From IMG/VR virus record IMGVR_UViG_3300045988_144346, positions 7,829-71,828 of that record: DNA of 64,000 nucleotides; one strand, 5' to 3'. This stretch comes from a virus. This document shows, piece by piece, positions 17,910 through 26,864 of this stretch (position 1 is the stretch's first letter; each line of letters starts with the position of its first letter). Made by a program: the position numbers and the translations under genes. The notes under the pieces are model-generated. The model searched no databases, was not told the origin of the DNA, and was given only the letters and a program-made list of their open reading frames with translations.

Positions 17910-18599
17910 TCATTCGGCGAACGTCGGGTGTTCGTCCGTTCCGTACCAGTCCACATACTGGTAGAGCTTGTAACCGAGATTGGCGCGTTCATCGTCCACC
18001 TTGGTCACGCGGCTCATGAACAGCGGCCCAACGCCGCCGACGTTGACTCCCTCCGTCGCCTCCATAATGGCCTGAAGCATCGCATAGGAGCGGGAGTTCC
18101 CCGGCGTTCCGAGATTCGCTTCCTGCGCGTAGTTGGTCATGATGGTGTATATAACCGTCTGTCGGTACACCGCGCGGTTCCGGTCCCGTATCGTCGTGAT
18201 CTCTCCCAGCGCAATGCGAAGGATGGACTGCGCGTTGTACTGCGACTGGCGCGTAAGATCCTGCGCAAACACGCGGTAGCCGCGCTTTTCATCCGGCGGA
18301 TTGGCCGGAAGCTCCGGGTCGAACAGTATCGTGCGTATCTGCTCACCCGTGGGAAGCGGCTGGGAGAGCGGCCTTTCGCCGTCCCAGTAGAGCAGCTTCT
18401 TCAGCCGAGCCCGCGGGTACCGGTTATCGCTCGGCGGCGTGTAACCGGGGCTCTCCATGTCCATGAGGTACCGCGACAGAAGGTATGGAAGCGTTTCCGC
18501 TCCTGCCATGGAGTTTGACGCCAAGACCTTCCAAAACGGGTAGTACGGAGAGTCCGTCGTCGGTTGAACGTTCACCCAGTCATTCTGCTTCATGGGCAT
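17910..18599 (-). CDS. hypothetical head-tail region protein (229 aa)
   Basis: Compact operon position; overlaps the next gene by 20 nt. Confidence 0.5.
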   Translation of the reverse strand: MPMKQNDWVNVQPTTDSPYYPFWKVLASNSMAGAETLPYLLSRYLMDMESPGYTPPSDNRYPRARLKKLLYWDGERPLSQPLPTGEQIRTILFDPELPANPPDEKRGYRVFAQDLTRQSQYNAQSILRIALGEITTIRDRNRAVYRQTVIYTIMTNYAQEANLGTPGNSRSYAMLQAIMEATEGVNVGGVGPLFMSRVTKVDDERANLGYKLYQYVDWYGTDEHPTFAE

Positions 18600-19146
18600 C
18601 CCCGCCGTTCTTCGCGGCTTCGCGGATCTCGCCGACCGCAGTTTTTATCATGTCCGGCGTGATCTCGCAGAGAACCGCCGCCGCACGATGCAGCGCATCG
18701 TTCCGCGCTTCCAGCTCATCGCGGATAGCGCCGAAGATCATGCCTTCAAAGGCTTTATAGTCATAAAGAAGGTCGTATACCGTGTTGGAAACCTTCTTTG
18801 TTTTGTCCTTTTTCAAGCGTTCCAGCTGATTGATGACGTGAGATCCAGCCCAATCGTCATACTCCGAAAGCTGCATGAGCAGTCTCACATCCTGCTCTTC
18901 GCCGCTCTCTCCGAGCTTTACCCGCTGAATCCGGTAATCTCGGTGCAGATACATTTCCGCCAGAATGCCCATGAGGAACATCTGCCGGAGTTTACGGTTC
19001 TCTCGATATACGGGCGCGCCGTTTTCCCCGTCCGCCGGTTCAACGCAGAACGCAGCAACGATGCGGGCGATGCGGTCCTTTGACTCTATGGGAATATAGG
19101 TGCTCGCTTTCGCAAGATCCGCTTCGGTAATCGTGATGACAGCCAT
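18580..19146 (-). CDS. hypothetical head-tail region protein (188 aa)
   Basis: Start MAVITITEADL at 19146. The track ORF is over-extended to 19263. Confidence 0.5.
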   Translation of the reverse strand: MAVITITEADLAKASTYIPIESKDRIARIVAAFCVEPADGENGAPVYRENRKLRQMFLMGILAEMYLHRDYRIQRVKLGESGEEQDVRLLMQLSEYDDWAGSHVINQLERLKKDKTKKVSNTVYDLLYDYKAFEGMIFGAIRDELEARNDALHRAAAVLCEITPDMIKTAVGEIREAAKNGGDAHEAE

Positions 19147-19175
19147 GCATAACACTCCTTTTCGGCTGGTCTTTT

Positions 19176-19421
19176 TTACTTGCGGCTTCCGCTTTTGCGT
19201 TTGACCGCAGTCTTCACCGCCGGAGCGGTGGAATCTTCTTTGCGCTTCATGCACTCTCCCCAATCGGGAGAAAGCTTGTGGCAGTTCTTTGCCGGACAGA
19301 ACTCCTGGCAGGAGCAGAGCGCGTGGAAATAGCTTGCCTTATCGCCGAACACGGGCGGCGTCTCCCTGCGGCATAAGATATGTTCGTTGGGCGGGTCAAG
19401 ATAGGCATATTTGCAGTCCAT
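19176..19421 (-). CDS. Cys-rich small protein (81 aa)
   Basis: Seven Cys including CSCQEFCPAKNC, with a basic tail. Confidence 0.45.
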   Translation of the reverse strand: MDCKYAYLDPPNEHILCRRETPPVFGDKASYFHALCSCQEFCPAKNCHKLSPDWGECMKRKEDSTAPAVKTAVKRKSGSRK

Positions 19422-19440
19422 AACTGATATCCTCCGTTGG

Positions 19441-20757
19441 TCATGTGGTAAGCGCCGTCTGAGCCGTCACGCTGTATTCTCCGCAGACCGCTGTAATGAC
19501 CAGCGGGTCGAACGCCGCGGCATACCCGGTGATCTTCCAGATGTTTTCTCCGGCGCTCTCGATGGAGTAAGCGCTTTCCGGCGCACCGGAAACGACGATC
19601 TCCACAGCCTCATCCGTTGCCGCTCCGTTCCGGAAGAACGCGGCGGAAAATGTAGCGGAATCGAACGCCCGCAATGTCGCCGGCGGCGGCGTGGTAAACG
19701 CCGTGAACGCATTCCCGCTCTTTGCCGCGGTAATGGTAACGTCCGCGCTGATCTCCTGATTCTGCGCCAGACACACCGTAATAACAGCGCTTCCGGCTCT
19801 CACCGCCGTCACAAGGCCGCTGTCGTCCACGGTCAGCACGTTTTCGTCGCTGCTGTAGAAGAGATACCGGATAGGATGTTCGTCCGTAGAAACGACGACA
19901 GCGCCGTTCCGGACGCTCTGCACCGCAACCGTCTGCGTCGTCCCGACAGGCATTTCCTCTGCTGCCGTCAGCACGGGCTTCCACGAGAACGAGCCGTAGT
20001 CCGCGCACTGCTTTTCAATGCTGTCCTGCGGCAGCGGCTCGTTTCGCTCCACGGTGAACGTCAGAAGGTGAACGCTGTCCGCATCATCCGTAAACTCTCT
20101 CGTAAAATCGTTCAGACCACGGATGGCATAGGCGCTCTTCCCCATCACGAACCGGGTATTTTCGGTGAACTCGCTGCTGACCTTGTTTCTCTGGCAGATA
20201 CAGGCGATATAGTTCTTGGCAATAATGCTGTCTTCCGTCACCTGATTCGCGTTGCCGAGCGTGCTGATCTTGGCAAAGCTCATCGGCACGCTGACGATAT
20301 TGCCGTAGTAATCCAGCCGGTTGATAACGGCGTTGCAGCGGCGAACAATGGCGTGCGCGTAGGTGTTGCCAATGTTTTTCGGCTTGAACACGATCCATGT
20401 ATTCCCGCCGTATTTCATGTAAGCCCCCTGCGGGATGTGCGAAATTCCCGAAGGAGCGATGATGTATACCCGGTGCCAGTCGTCCGGCATCGTCTCGCCC
20501 ATGCTGCTCTGCGACGTGGCAGAGGAGCGGATGCGGACAGGGGTGTAGTCGTACCAGTCCGGCGCGGAAAGGCCCTGACACACCGCGTCAAAGCAGTCGG
20601 AGGCAAGCGCGCCGTAAGCGGCGGCATAAGCCGTCGTGTCTGTTCCGAAATACTGCTGGTTCAGCCCCTTGTTGAACCTGGATGCGGCACCGGCGGCGGG
20701 GCTTGGGGCGTTTCCCAGCATGGCGGCGTTTTTTGCCATGCGCTCAAGATTTGCCAT
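19441..20757 (-). CDS. structural protein with Ig-like (Big_2-type) domain (438 aa)
   Basis: ENVLTVDDSGLVTAVRAGSAVITV is a typical Big_2 strand pattern. Lies in the head-tail region. Confidence 0.5.
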   Translation of the reverse strand: MANLERMAKNAAMLGNAPSPAAGAASRFNKGLNQQYFGTDTTAYAAAYGALASDCFDAVCQGLSAPDWYDYTPVRIRSSATSQSSMGETMPDDWHRVYIIAPSGISHIPQGAYMKYGGNTWIVFKPKNIGNTYAHAIVRRCNAVINRLDYYGNIVSVPMSFAKISTLGNANQVTEDSIIAKNYIACICQRNKVSSEFTENTRFVMGKSAYAIRGLNDFTREFTDDADSVHLLTFTVERNEPLPQDSIEKQCADYGSFSWKPVLTAAEEMPVGTTQTVAVQSVRNGAVVVSTDEHPIRYLFYSSDENVLTVDDSGLVTAVRAGSAVITVCLAQNQEISADVTITAAKSGNAFTAFTTPPPATLRAFDSATFSAAFFRNGAATDEAVEIVVSGAPESAYSIESAGENIWKITGYAAAFDPLVITAVCGEYSVTAQTALTT

Positions 20758-20772
20758 GCTGTAAAGCCCTCC

Positions 20773-21462
20773 TCACAGGTTGTAGTTTTTAACGGTGTTG
20801 AGATACGCCACGTTGGTTTCGTACTCGCGCATTTTCCCGTAGAGCTGTTCGGCAACGAGCCGCTGGCGGCCGGAGTTGGCGTTCGTCTGGCTCGCCTCGC
20901 TGATCGTCGTGAAAGACCCGTCGCGGATCTTGCTTTTTCGCTCGATCGCGTCGTTGTCGAATCGCTGTTCCCAGACGAAATAAACAGCGAACGCAAGAAT
21001 AGATATTTCCGTTGCGTTCAGTTCGTCGCGGAAACTTCCGGATTTATAAAAATCCATCGTGATTTTCGTCCCCACCGCAATGCCCTGCCCGATCGTTACA
21101 ATGCCCGTCGCGCTGTCGTAGGTGACAGGAAGCGGGTTATACTGCGGGTCTCCGTAAGCATCTTGGGAGACGACCCCGGCAGATACGATGTCATACCCTT
21201 TCAGTCCGGTATCGATTTCGGTGGTTCCGGTGGTGGTTTCCTCTGCGGTGTAAACGCCGTCCGTAAACTCCGGCGGCGTATTTTGCGCAAGCCGCACGAC
21301 CATTTCCGCCGGTCGGTTGAACAGCGGGATAGCCTCGCGCATATACGAAAGCATACGATTGTAGAAGACCGGGAGGCGGTTGCGCATATCCCAAACCAGC
21401 GAGATATCGTTTTGTATGTAGGTCATGGCCTGCGTTTCGATTGTTTCCCATGCGGTTCCCAT
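20773..21462 (-). CDS. hypothetical structural protein (229 aa)
   Basis: Operon position between the capsid and tail modules. Confidence 0.5.
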   Translation of the reverse strand: MGTAWETIETQAMTYIQNDISLVWDMRNRLPVFYNRMLSYMREAIPLFNRPAEMVVRLAQNTPPEFTDGVYTAEETTTGTTEIDTGLKGYDIVSAGVVSQDAYGDPQYNPLPVTYDSATGIVTIGQGIAVGTKITMDFYKSGSFRDELNATEISILAFAVYFVWEQRFDNDAIERKSKIRDGSFTTISEASQTNANSGRQRLVAEQLYGKMREYETNVAYLNTVKNYNL

Positions 21463-21483
21463 GGCACTGCCTCCCGTAATGAT

Positions 21484-21876
21484 TCATTCCTCGCCCTTGA
21501 TCTTGCGAAGCCACGCTTCGCCGGCGTCCTGGATGATCGCGTTCAGGTCCTTATTGGCGCCGAGAATCAGTTTAATGGCGGCGTCGCTCATCTTGGACTT
21601 GGTAATTTCCAGAAGTTTCTGGTTCAAAAGTGCGATCTGCTCGTCGGTGAGTTTTCCATCCGGTGCAGCGGCCTTCCAGCCGTCAACCAGCGTCTGCTGC
21701 AGGGCGGAAACCGTCTGCTGCGCCATTGCGGTAGCTTCGGTCACGGCAGCGGACAGGGCCTGGAACTTCTGCGTTTTGGCAAGCCTCATAGCCGCCCAGG
21801 TTCCGAAGAGGCTGAGCAGAATAAGCACGGCCTGCGTCACGATCTGCAGAACGGATTCAACAAGAATTTCCTGCAT
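21484..21876 (-). CDS. LL-H-family holin-like protein (single N-terminal TM)
   Basis: 130 aa. N-terminal TM VLQIVTQAVLILLSLFGTWAA followed by a long Ala/Gln-rich helical tail, as in Holin_LLH proteins. Confidence 0.5.
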   Translation of the reverse strand: MQEILVESVLQIVTQAVLILLSLFGTWAAMRLAKTQKFQALSAAVTEATAMAQQTVSALQQTLVDGWKAAAPDGKLTDEQIALLNQKLLEITKSKMSDAAIKLILGANKDLNAIIQDAGEAWLRKIKGEE

Positions 21877-21883
21877 GTCAAAA

Positions 21884-22315
21884 TCACTCCTTTGTCGTTG
21901 AATGTGGAATTTTCAAAGGAAGTTTTCGGACCTTATACATAAGGTCGTCGAAAAAGCCGTTGCCGTTCAGCGCGTCGTGATACACCTTGTGCATCCGCTT
22001 GAGATCTTCGTAGTCGCTGCTCAGAATGCTGCCCTCTTCGACGTAGAGGAGACACAGCTCCTTGATCTTGGCTCCGAGAACTTCCCGGAGAGCCGCCATC
22101 ATGTTCGCCTGAGAGGCTTTCTGCGCGTCCATATCCTTCTGCAGCTTGCGTATATCCTCGCTCTGCGCGGCATTTAAGTCGTGCTTTTCCTCTTCCCGAT
22201 CTTCTTTCTGTGCTTTACGGTTTCTTCGCTGTTCTGCCAGACGGAAGAGCCCGTTTATGAAAGCAGCGCCGGCCGCGCCGCCGAGAACTCCCACAATGAG
22301 AGCGTCTGTCGTCAT
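21884..22315 (-). CDS. membrane-anchored coiled-coil protein (143 aa)
   Basis: GGAGGAA RBS. TM ALIVGVLGGAAGAAFINGLF, then a charged coiled coil. Confidence 0.5.
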   Translation of the reverse strand: MTTDALIVGVLGGAAGAAFINGLFRLAEQRRNRKAQKEDREEEKHDLNAAQSEDIRKLQKDMDAQKASQANMMAALREVLGAKIKELCLLYVEEGSILSSDYEDLKRMHKVYHDALNGNGFFDDLMYKVRKLPLKIPHSTTKE

Positions 22316-22362
22316 AGCAATTCCTCCAACTTGTGCGGAGAGCGGCGCGCCGTCTCCGAGGA

Positions 22363-23028
22363 TCACACGGCCCGGCTGTTGAGCTCCTGAATGATGGGAG
22401 CAAAGAGCTTCTTGCCGTCAAGCTCTTTGGCGGCTTCGTTCAGCTTTTCCACGCGGCTTCTGTCCACACGGTTATCCCCGCTCTCAAATGCGGAAAGGAA
22501 GCGGCGGGCAACAAGCTCGCGGTGCTGCGGGCAAAGCTGACGGAATTTGTTGACCGCCTCAGCCTCACTCAGGCTGAAGAACCAGTCAAACATGCCCTCG
22601 TTGCGCACGACCTCGCCTTCGGCGTAATCGCAGTGGTACTGCGCTCTCTGCTCGTCGGTCAGACCGTCCAGAACAATGAACTTGCGCTTTTCCAGCAGGC
22701 CCATGTGGAACGGCGTCATAAACTCGCCCTCGAACTCTTCAAGCGTCACGCTGAACACTCGGCCAGAGCCGCTGATAAATCTGCCCTTGGAAATGGGAAT
22801 CTGGTTTCCGGGGATACAGGTATCCACGTACAGGATCTTCACCATCTGCGCCTGCGGCGTAACGACCTGAACGATCGGAGGCGCGGCTGCTGTCTCTTTG
22901 TGGCTTGCCTCTTCCCGGATCTCTTCTTCAGATTCCGCGATGGCATCCGTAATAGCCGTTTTGGATGCTTTGCGCGCTTCAGCGCGGGCTTTCTTTTCTT
23001 CCTCTGTCAAAGGGGTACGTCCCATCAT
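22363..23028 (-). CDS. hypothetical protein (221 aa)
   Basis: Lies downstream of the capsid gene and its stem-loop. Charged N-terminus. Confidence 0.5.
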   Translation of the reverse strand: MMGRTPLTEEEKKARAEARKASKTAITDAIAESEEEIREEASHKETAAAPPIVQVVTPQAQMVKILYVDTCIPGNQIPISKGRFISGSGRVFSVTLEEFEGEFMTPFHMGLLEKRKFIVLDGLTDEQRAQYHCDYAEGEVVRNEGMFDWFFSLSEAEAVNKFRQLCPQHRELVARRFLSAFESGDNRVDRSRVEKLNEAAKELDGKKLFAPIIQELNSRAV

Positions 23029-23057
23029 AATTTCCTCCTTCTGGACGTTTTAAGAAC

Positions 23058-23084
23058 GCGAGGGGTGGGGTTCCCACCCCTCGC
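23058..23084 (-). terminator. 12-bp GC stem-loop after the capsid gene (attenuator/stabiliser; poor U-tract)
   Basis: GCGAGGGGTGGG-loop-CCCACCCCTCGC, 9 nt downstream of the capsid stop. Confidence 0.4.
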
Positions 23085-23092
23085 TGCAGAAA

Positions 23093-24319
23093 TCAGGTAA
23101 CGGAGTTGATGATGCCGATGCGGGAGGCAAATGCCGGGGCAATCTCAAGGGAAGCAAACTGCTCGACCTCGATGTTGCCGGTGGCGATCACGTTGTCGCC
23201 CGGAGTCAGGTTCAGCATGCCCTGGCCGCCTTCCTCGAAGCAGCAGATCATCGGGGCATAACGCTCGGTGGCGCGAGCCGCGAGGACGATCATGTCGCTG
23301 GGGAATACGTCGGTCATGGTAGTGTTGATGGTCTCCGGCGTAGAGGTAGGGGTAATCTCATAGAGCATCGTCCCATCATGGCTCGTGATGTAGCCATTGC
23401 GGAAATACTCATTGCCGAGCTGCATCATGATCGCGCTGGCAAGGCCGGCGTTGTCGGGCAGCACTTTGCGCAGAGCAAGGAAGTTGCCGTAGCCGATGAT
23501 GTCGGTGCGGCGGACACGGTTGGCTTTCGCCACGTTCTGCACAATCGTCGCCCAGTTCTGGTCGGTGTAACCGGTCGCAGTCAGGGCAGCGGGCACATAA
23601 GTGGTGTTAGCTGCAGCCGCGGTGAAAGCAGTAGTGAACTTCTGCATAATCATCGCGCCATAGCCACCGGCGAGAGCCGCCAGCGTGTCTACCATGTTCA
23701 GGCCGTTGCCGACCATCTGGTAGTAATTGATACGGCCACGGCACGCCGTGGGAGTCGGGTTCAGGGTGATGGTCTTGTGGTAGAGCTGGCTTTCCGGCAC
23801 GGAGCGCAGGGAAGTCCAGGTCGCGTCCTCCCATTTGAAGACCTCGTTGGAGGTAATAGCCGCCGTGAACGTCTGACCCTTGGGCGTGGTGACGGTGCTT
23901 ACCATGTCGCCGACGAGTTCGTTGACAACGTAAGGAGTGGTGGTGTACAGCACTTCATTCATCACGTCACTCAGAAGCTGGAGATACATGGGGTTAGCCG
24001 CGAGGCGAGGATTGGCGAACGTCGCCTTTTCGTCACGGTTGGTGCGCACGCCGTTGAAGTCGTTGACCTTCTTGGCGCAGAAGTGGAGAACATCATCCGT
24101 CCACTTGCGGGCGTACTTCTCATAATCCGACGCGTTCTTGAAAGAACTGCCGAAGTCGATAGTCGGGCGCTCCGCCTTGGAAAGAGCCTTGTTCTTTGCG
24201 AAACCAACGGATTCAAGAACAAGCGCTTTGCCTTCCGCGACAAGCACTTCTCTTGCGTCAGAGCTCACCTTGCTGCTGTTCAGCAGGGCGAGACCGGAAT
24301 TAAGTTTCAGAGACTCCAT
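23093..24319 (-). CDS. major capsid protein (408 aa)
   Basis: Size and position after the protease-scaffold gene; followed by a strong stem-loop. No motif-level proof. Confidence 0.6.
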   Translation of the reverse strand: MESLKLNSGLALLNSSKVSSDAREVLVAEGKALVLESVGFAKNKALSKAERPTIDFGSSFKNASDYEKYARKWTDDVLHFCAKKVNDFNGVRTNRDEKATFANPRLAANPMYLQLLSDVMNEVLYTTTPYVVNELVGDMVSTVTTPKGQTFTAAITSNEVFKWEDATWTSLRSVPESQLYHKTITLNPTPTACRGRINYYQMVGNGLNMVDTLAALAGGYGAMIMQKFTTAFTAAAANTTYVPAALTATGYTDQNWATIVQNVAKANRVRRTDIIGYGNFLALRKVLPDNAGLASAIMMQLGNEYFRNGYITSHDGTMLYEITPTSTPETINTTMTDVFPSDMIVLAARATERYAPMICCFEEGGQGMLNLTPGDNVIATGNIEVEQFASLEIAPAFASRIGIINSVT

Positions 24320-24338
24320 TTCTCGTTATCCCCCTCTC

Positions 24339-24896
24339 TCAAATGTTGCGGCAAAGGACGTTGTAACGGTTGAAAGGAACCGTATTGCCCTCGGTGAACT
24401 TGTCAATGCCGAGAGCCGCGTCCAGCTCGAAATAGATTCCGCTGCCGGCGGCAGGGGCGGCATTGGTGCCGACCAGAAGACCGTTGGCAATGGTCGCGTA
24501 CTTATTGTCGGCGGACATAACCGTGGAGAAGTTGCCGTCGCCAAAAGCATAGGTCTCGCCGGGGATGGCCTTGGTGTAGGTCGCGAGACGACCGGCAGGA
24601 GCGCCGAGACCGAGGGTGTTGACGCCCTCAGCGTAAAGCTGCGTGCCGATCACGCCGCGCTGCACATCGCCGGGGTTGCAGATGTAAATATCGCCCTTGC
24701 CGTCGGCGGCAAGAGTCATCTTGTATCCGCCGTTCGGCAGATGATCGCCCTTGACGCAGAACATGCCGGCGCTGCAATCCGCAGGCGTCCAGGTCGTGCT
24801 AACCATAGCGCCGAACTGACCGGCAACGTTCTGCAGATCGTTATACCGGTTGTTCCACATGCGGGGCTCAAAAGCGGTTTTAGCCGTGAAACTCAT
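24339..24896 (-). CDS. head decoration/auxiliary capsid protein (185 aa)
   Basis: Gly-rich beta-type protein immediately upstream of the capsid gene. Confidence 0.4.
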   Translation of the reverse strand: MSFTAKTAFEPRMWNNRYNDLQNVAGQFGAMVSTTWTPADCSAGMFCVKGDHLPNGGYKMTLAADGKGDIYICNPGDVQRGVIGTQLYAEGVNTLGLGAPAGRLATYTKAIPGETYAFGDGNFSTVMSADNKYATIANGLLVGTNAAPAAGSGIYFELDAALGIDKFTEGNTVPFNRYNVLCRNI

Positions 24897-24920
24897 TTTT
24901 CATTCACTCCTTTTCTTGTG

Positions 24921-26309
24921 TCAGATGCCGGCCCGCATCTTTTCGCCGATGGTATGCGGTTCGTCGGCCTTGCTGTTCGACTTCATGCCCCACTGGAAGT
25001 AGGACTTGTCAGCCTTGCGGTCCTCTTCGTCCATGCGCATCTGCTCATCCATGCAGAGGCCTTTGACGGCGGCGCGGATCGCCTTGTCACCCGTCCAGTT
25101 GCCGTCGGCATCTTCGTTCTCGGTGAACTCGTTGTTGTTGATCTTCTCCATGAGGTCCTTGCAGAGTTCGTCGCTGAAGCGCCGGTCTTCGGAACGGTTC
25201 TGGTTGATGCGGGCGAGTTCGTCGCTGCAAGCGCTCTTGGCAGCTTCCAGACGGCGGGATTTCTCGCGGGTAACAGCAGTAGAAAGGGACTTTTCCACGG
25301 CTTCCAGCCGGTCCTTCGTCTCTTTCAGTTCTTTCTCCGCCGCATTGCAGCGATTCATGGCAACGGACAGAGCAGACTCAAAATCCGTCTGAACGTTGTC
25401 GTCGCCGGCAGAGAAAGTAACAGTAGCGGATGCCTGGCGGATCCGTTCGGGGATCACGCTGCCCATGTCGCTGTCCTCGGAAACGTAAAGGTGCGGATCG
25501 CCGCTCTCGCTGAGCAGCGCAATGACCTTCGTATCCTCAGAAGCGCCGATGCAGGTGAAGCCGTTGAACTTCGCCGTCAGATCATCCAGACGCTTTTTGG
25601 AAAGCATATTTACTCTCACTCCTTGTTTCTCAGGTTTATTGGTTCCGTGCGGGGCGTCATCCAGCGACGCAGCCTTCAGAATTTCCCGTCTTTCGCTGCT
25701 CGCTCTCATTGCGGCAAGCGCTTGGATGTTCGCGCCCGGCACGGCGGGGCGTACTCCATTGCCGAGAATGGTGATACCGAGAATCAGATATTCTTCCTCG
25801 ACATCCACACCGTTTTCGCGGTGTTCCTTCGTCACAAGGGTCTCTACAGACACGTCAAGGCCGCCGCCCTGTCCGGCGATCTTGTCAACAAGCTCCTTGC
25901 TGTACCATGCCCACAGATAACCCGTAACAACTACCCAGTCGGTGCCGCCGTCCCGCTCAATGCGGCGTGGCGCGTTCTTCGGCACCCATCCAACGATCCG
26001 TTCCGCGTCCGGCGCGGTGAACGAAACGTATTCTTTTCCGGTGGCGGGGTCTACTTTTGTGTCGTAATTATGCCCGTCTCCGATCGTCCCGTCCTGCAGA
26101 TATGCCGTCAGGAGCGGGATATCCTCAAATTCGCTCAGATGCGAATCAAGATTGATATATTTCCAACCGTTCCGGTTGACCTCGTTGTTCAGCGCCCAAA
26201 CTTCCACGCGGAACAGTTTCCGGTTTACTGCCTCAAGGATTTTCAGCTTGCCGGAAAAGCTCAGGTTCTTCCCGTCGTCGCCGTTCGGTTTGTATCGATT
26301 TTTTGCCAT
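24921..26309 (-). CDS. prohead protease-scaffold fusion-like protein (462 aa)
   Basis: GGGAGGG RBS at 26309. The N-terminal approx. 200 aa are protease-like (IPLLTAY...GDGH). The C-terminal half is a charged coiled coil typical of scaffolds. Confidence 0.5.
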   Translation of the reverse strand: MAKNRYKPNGDDGKNLSFSGKLKILEAVNRKLFRVEVWALNNEVNRNGWKYINLDSHLSEFEDIPLLTAYLQDGTIGDGHNYDTKVDPATGKEYVSFTAPDAERIVGWVPKNAPRRIERDGGTDWVVVTGYLWAWYSKELVDKIAGQGGGLDVSVETLVTKEHRENGVDVEEEYLILGITILGNGVRPAVPGANIQALAAMRASSERREILKAASLDDAPHGTNKPEKQGVRVNMLSKKRLDDLTAKFNGFTCIGASEDTKVIALLSESGDPHLYVSEDSDMGSVIPERIRQASATVTFSAGDDNVQTDFESALSVAMNRCNAAEKELKETKDRLEAVEKSLSTAVTREKSRRLEAAKSACSDELARINQNRSEDRRFSDELCKDLMEKINNNEFTENEDADGNWTGDKAIRAAVKGLCMDEQMRMDEEDRKADKSYFQWGMKSNSKADEPHTIGEKMRAGI

Positions 26310-26326
26310 GCGGTTTTCCCTCCCGC

Positions 26327-26863
26327 TTACTGCTTCTGCGGCGCTTTCAGGATGTTCACGAACCAGCTGTCGTAAGAGGTCGTGCTGCCGTCGCCGTTTT
26401 CTGCCATGGTGTTTGCTTCTACGAGCCACTGCCGATCCTGAAAGTTTTCCATCTGTACGTTTTCGGCATAGCGTGCCAGCGGCTCATAATTGGCCGTATC
26501 GCATACTTCCACGATGCCGGACAGCGCATCATTTACTTCATCGAGAAGACCGATGCACATGTCGAACGTACCGGAGAGCCCCGGATACTCCATATCGAGC
26601 TCCGGAATGGGCGGGTAGCTCAGCGGCAGTCCCAGCTTTGCCATAATGTCCTTCAGCTCGTCGATGTACTCCGGCTGTTTGTGCTCCAGCGCGTGGATGG
26701 CCGCCGTAACGCCGGTGTAGCCCTGATACCACGTCTGCTCTTTGAGCGCGGCAAACCACCACATCGCCTTGCCCATTGCCGCCATAGCGCGGCGCATTGG
26801 CTCATAGAGCCCCGCATACCGTTCGTTCCGGTATGCCCCTCTGAACTCTCGCATCTCGCTCAC
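26327..26863 (-). CDS. hypothetical protein (178 aa)
   Basis: Sits between the portal and the protease-scaffold gene; helical. Confidence 0.5.
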   Translation of the reverse strand: MSEMREFRGAYRNERYAGLYEPMRRAMAAMGKAMWWFAALKEQTWYQGYTGVTAAIHALEHKQPEYIDELKDIMAKLGLPLSYPPIPELDMEYPGLSGTFDMCIGLLDEVNDALSGIVEVCDTANYEPLARYAENVQMENFQDRQWLVEANTMAENGDGSTTSYDSWFVNILKAPQKQ

Positions 26864-26864
26864 C

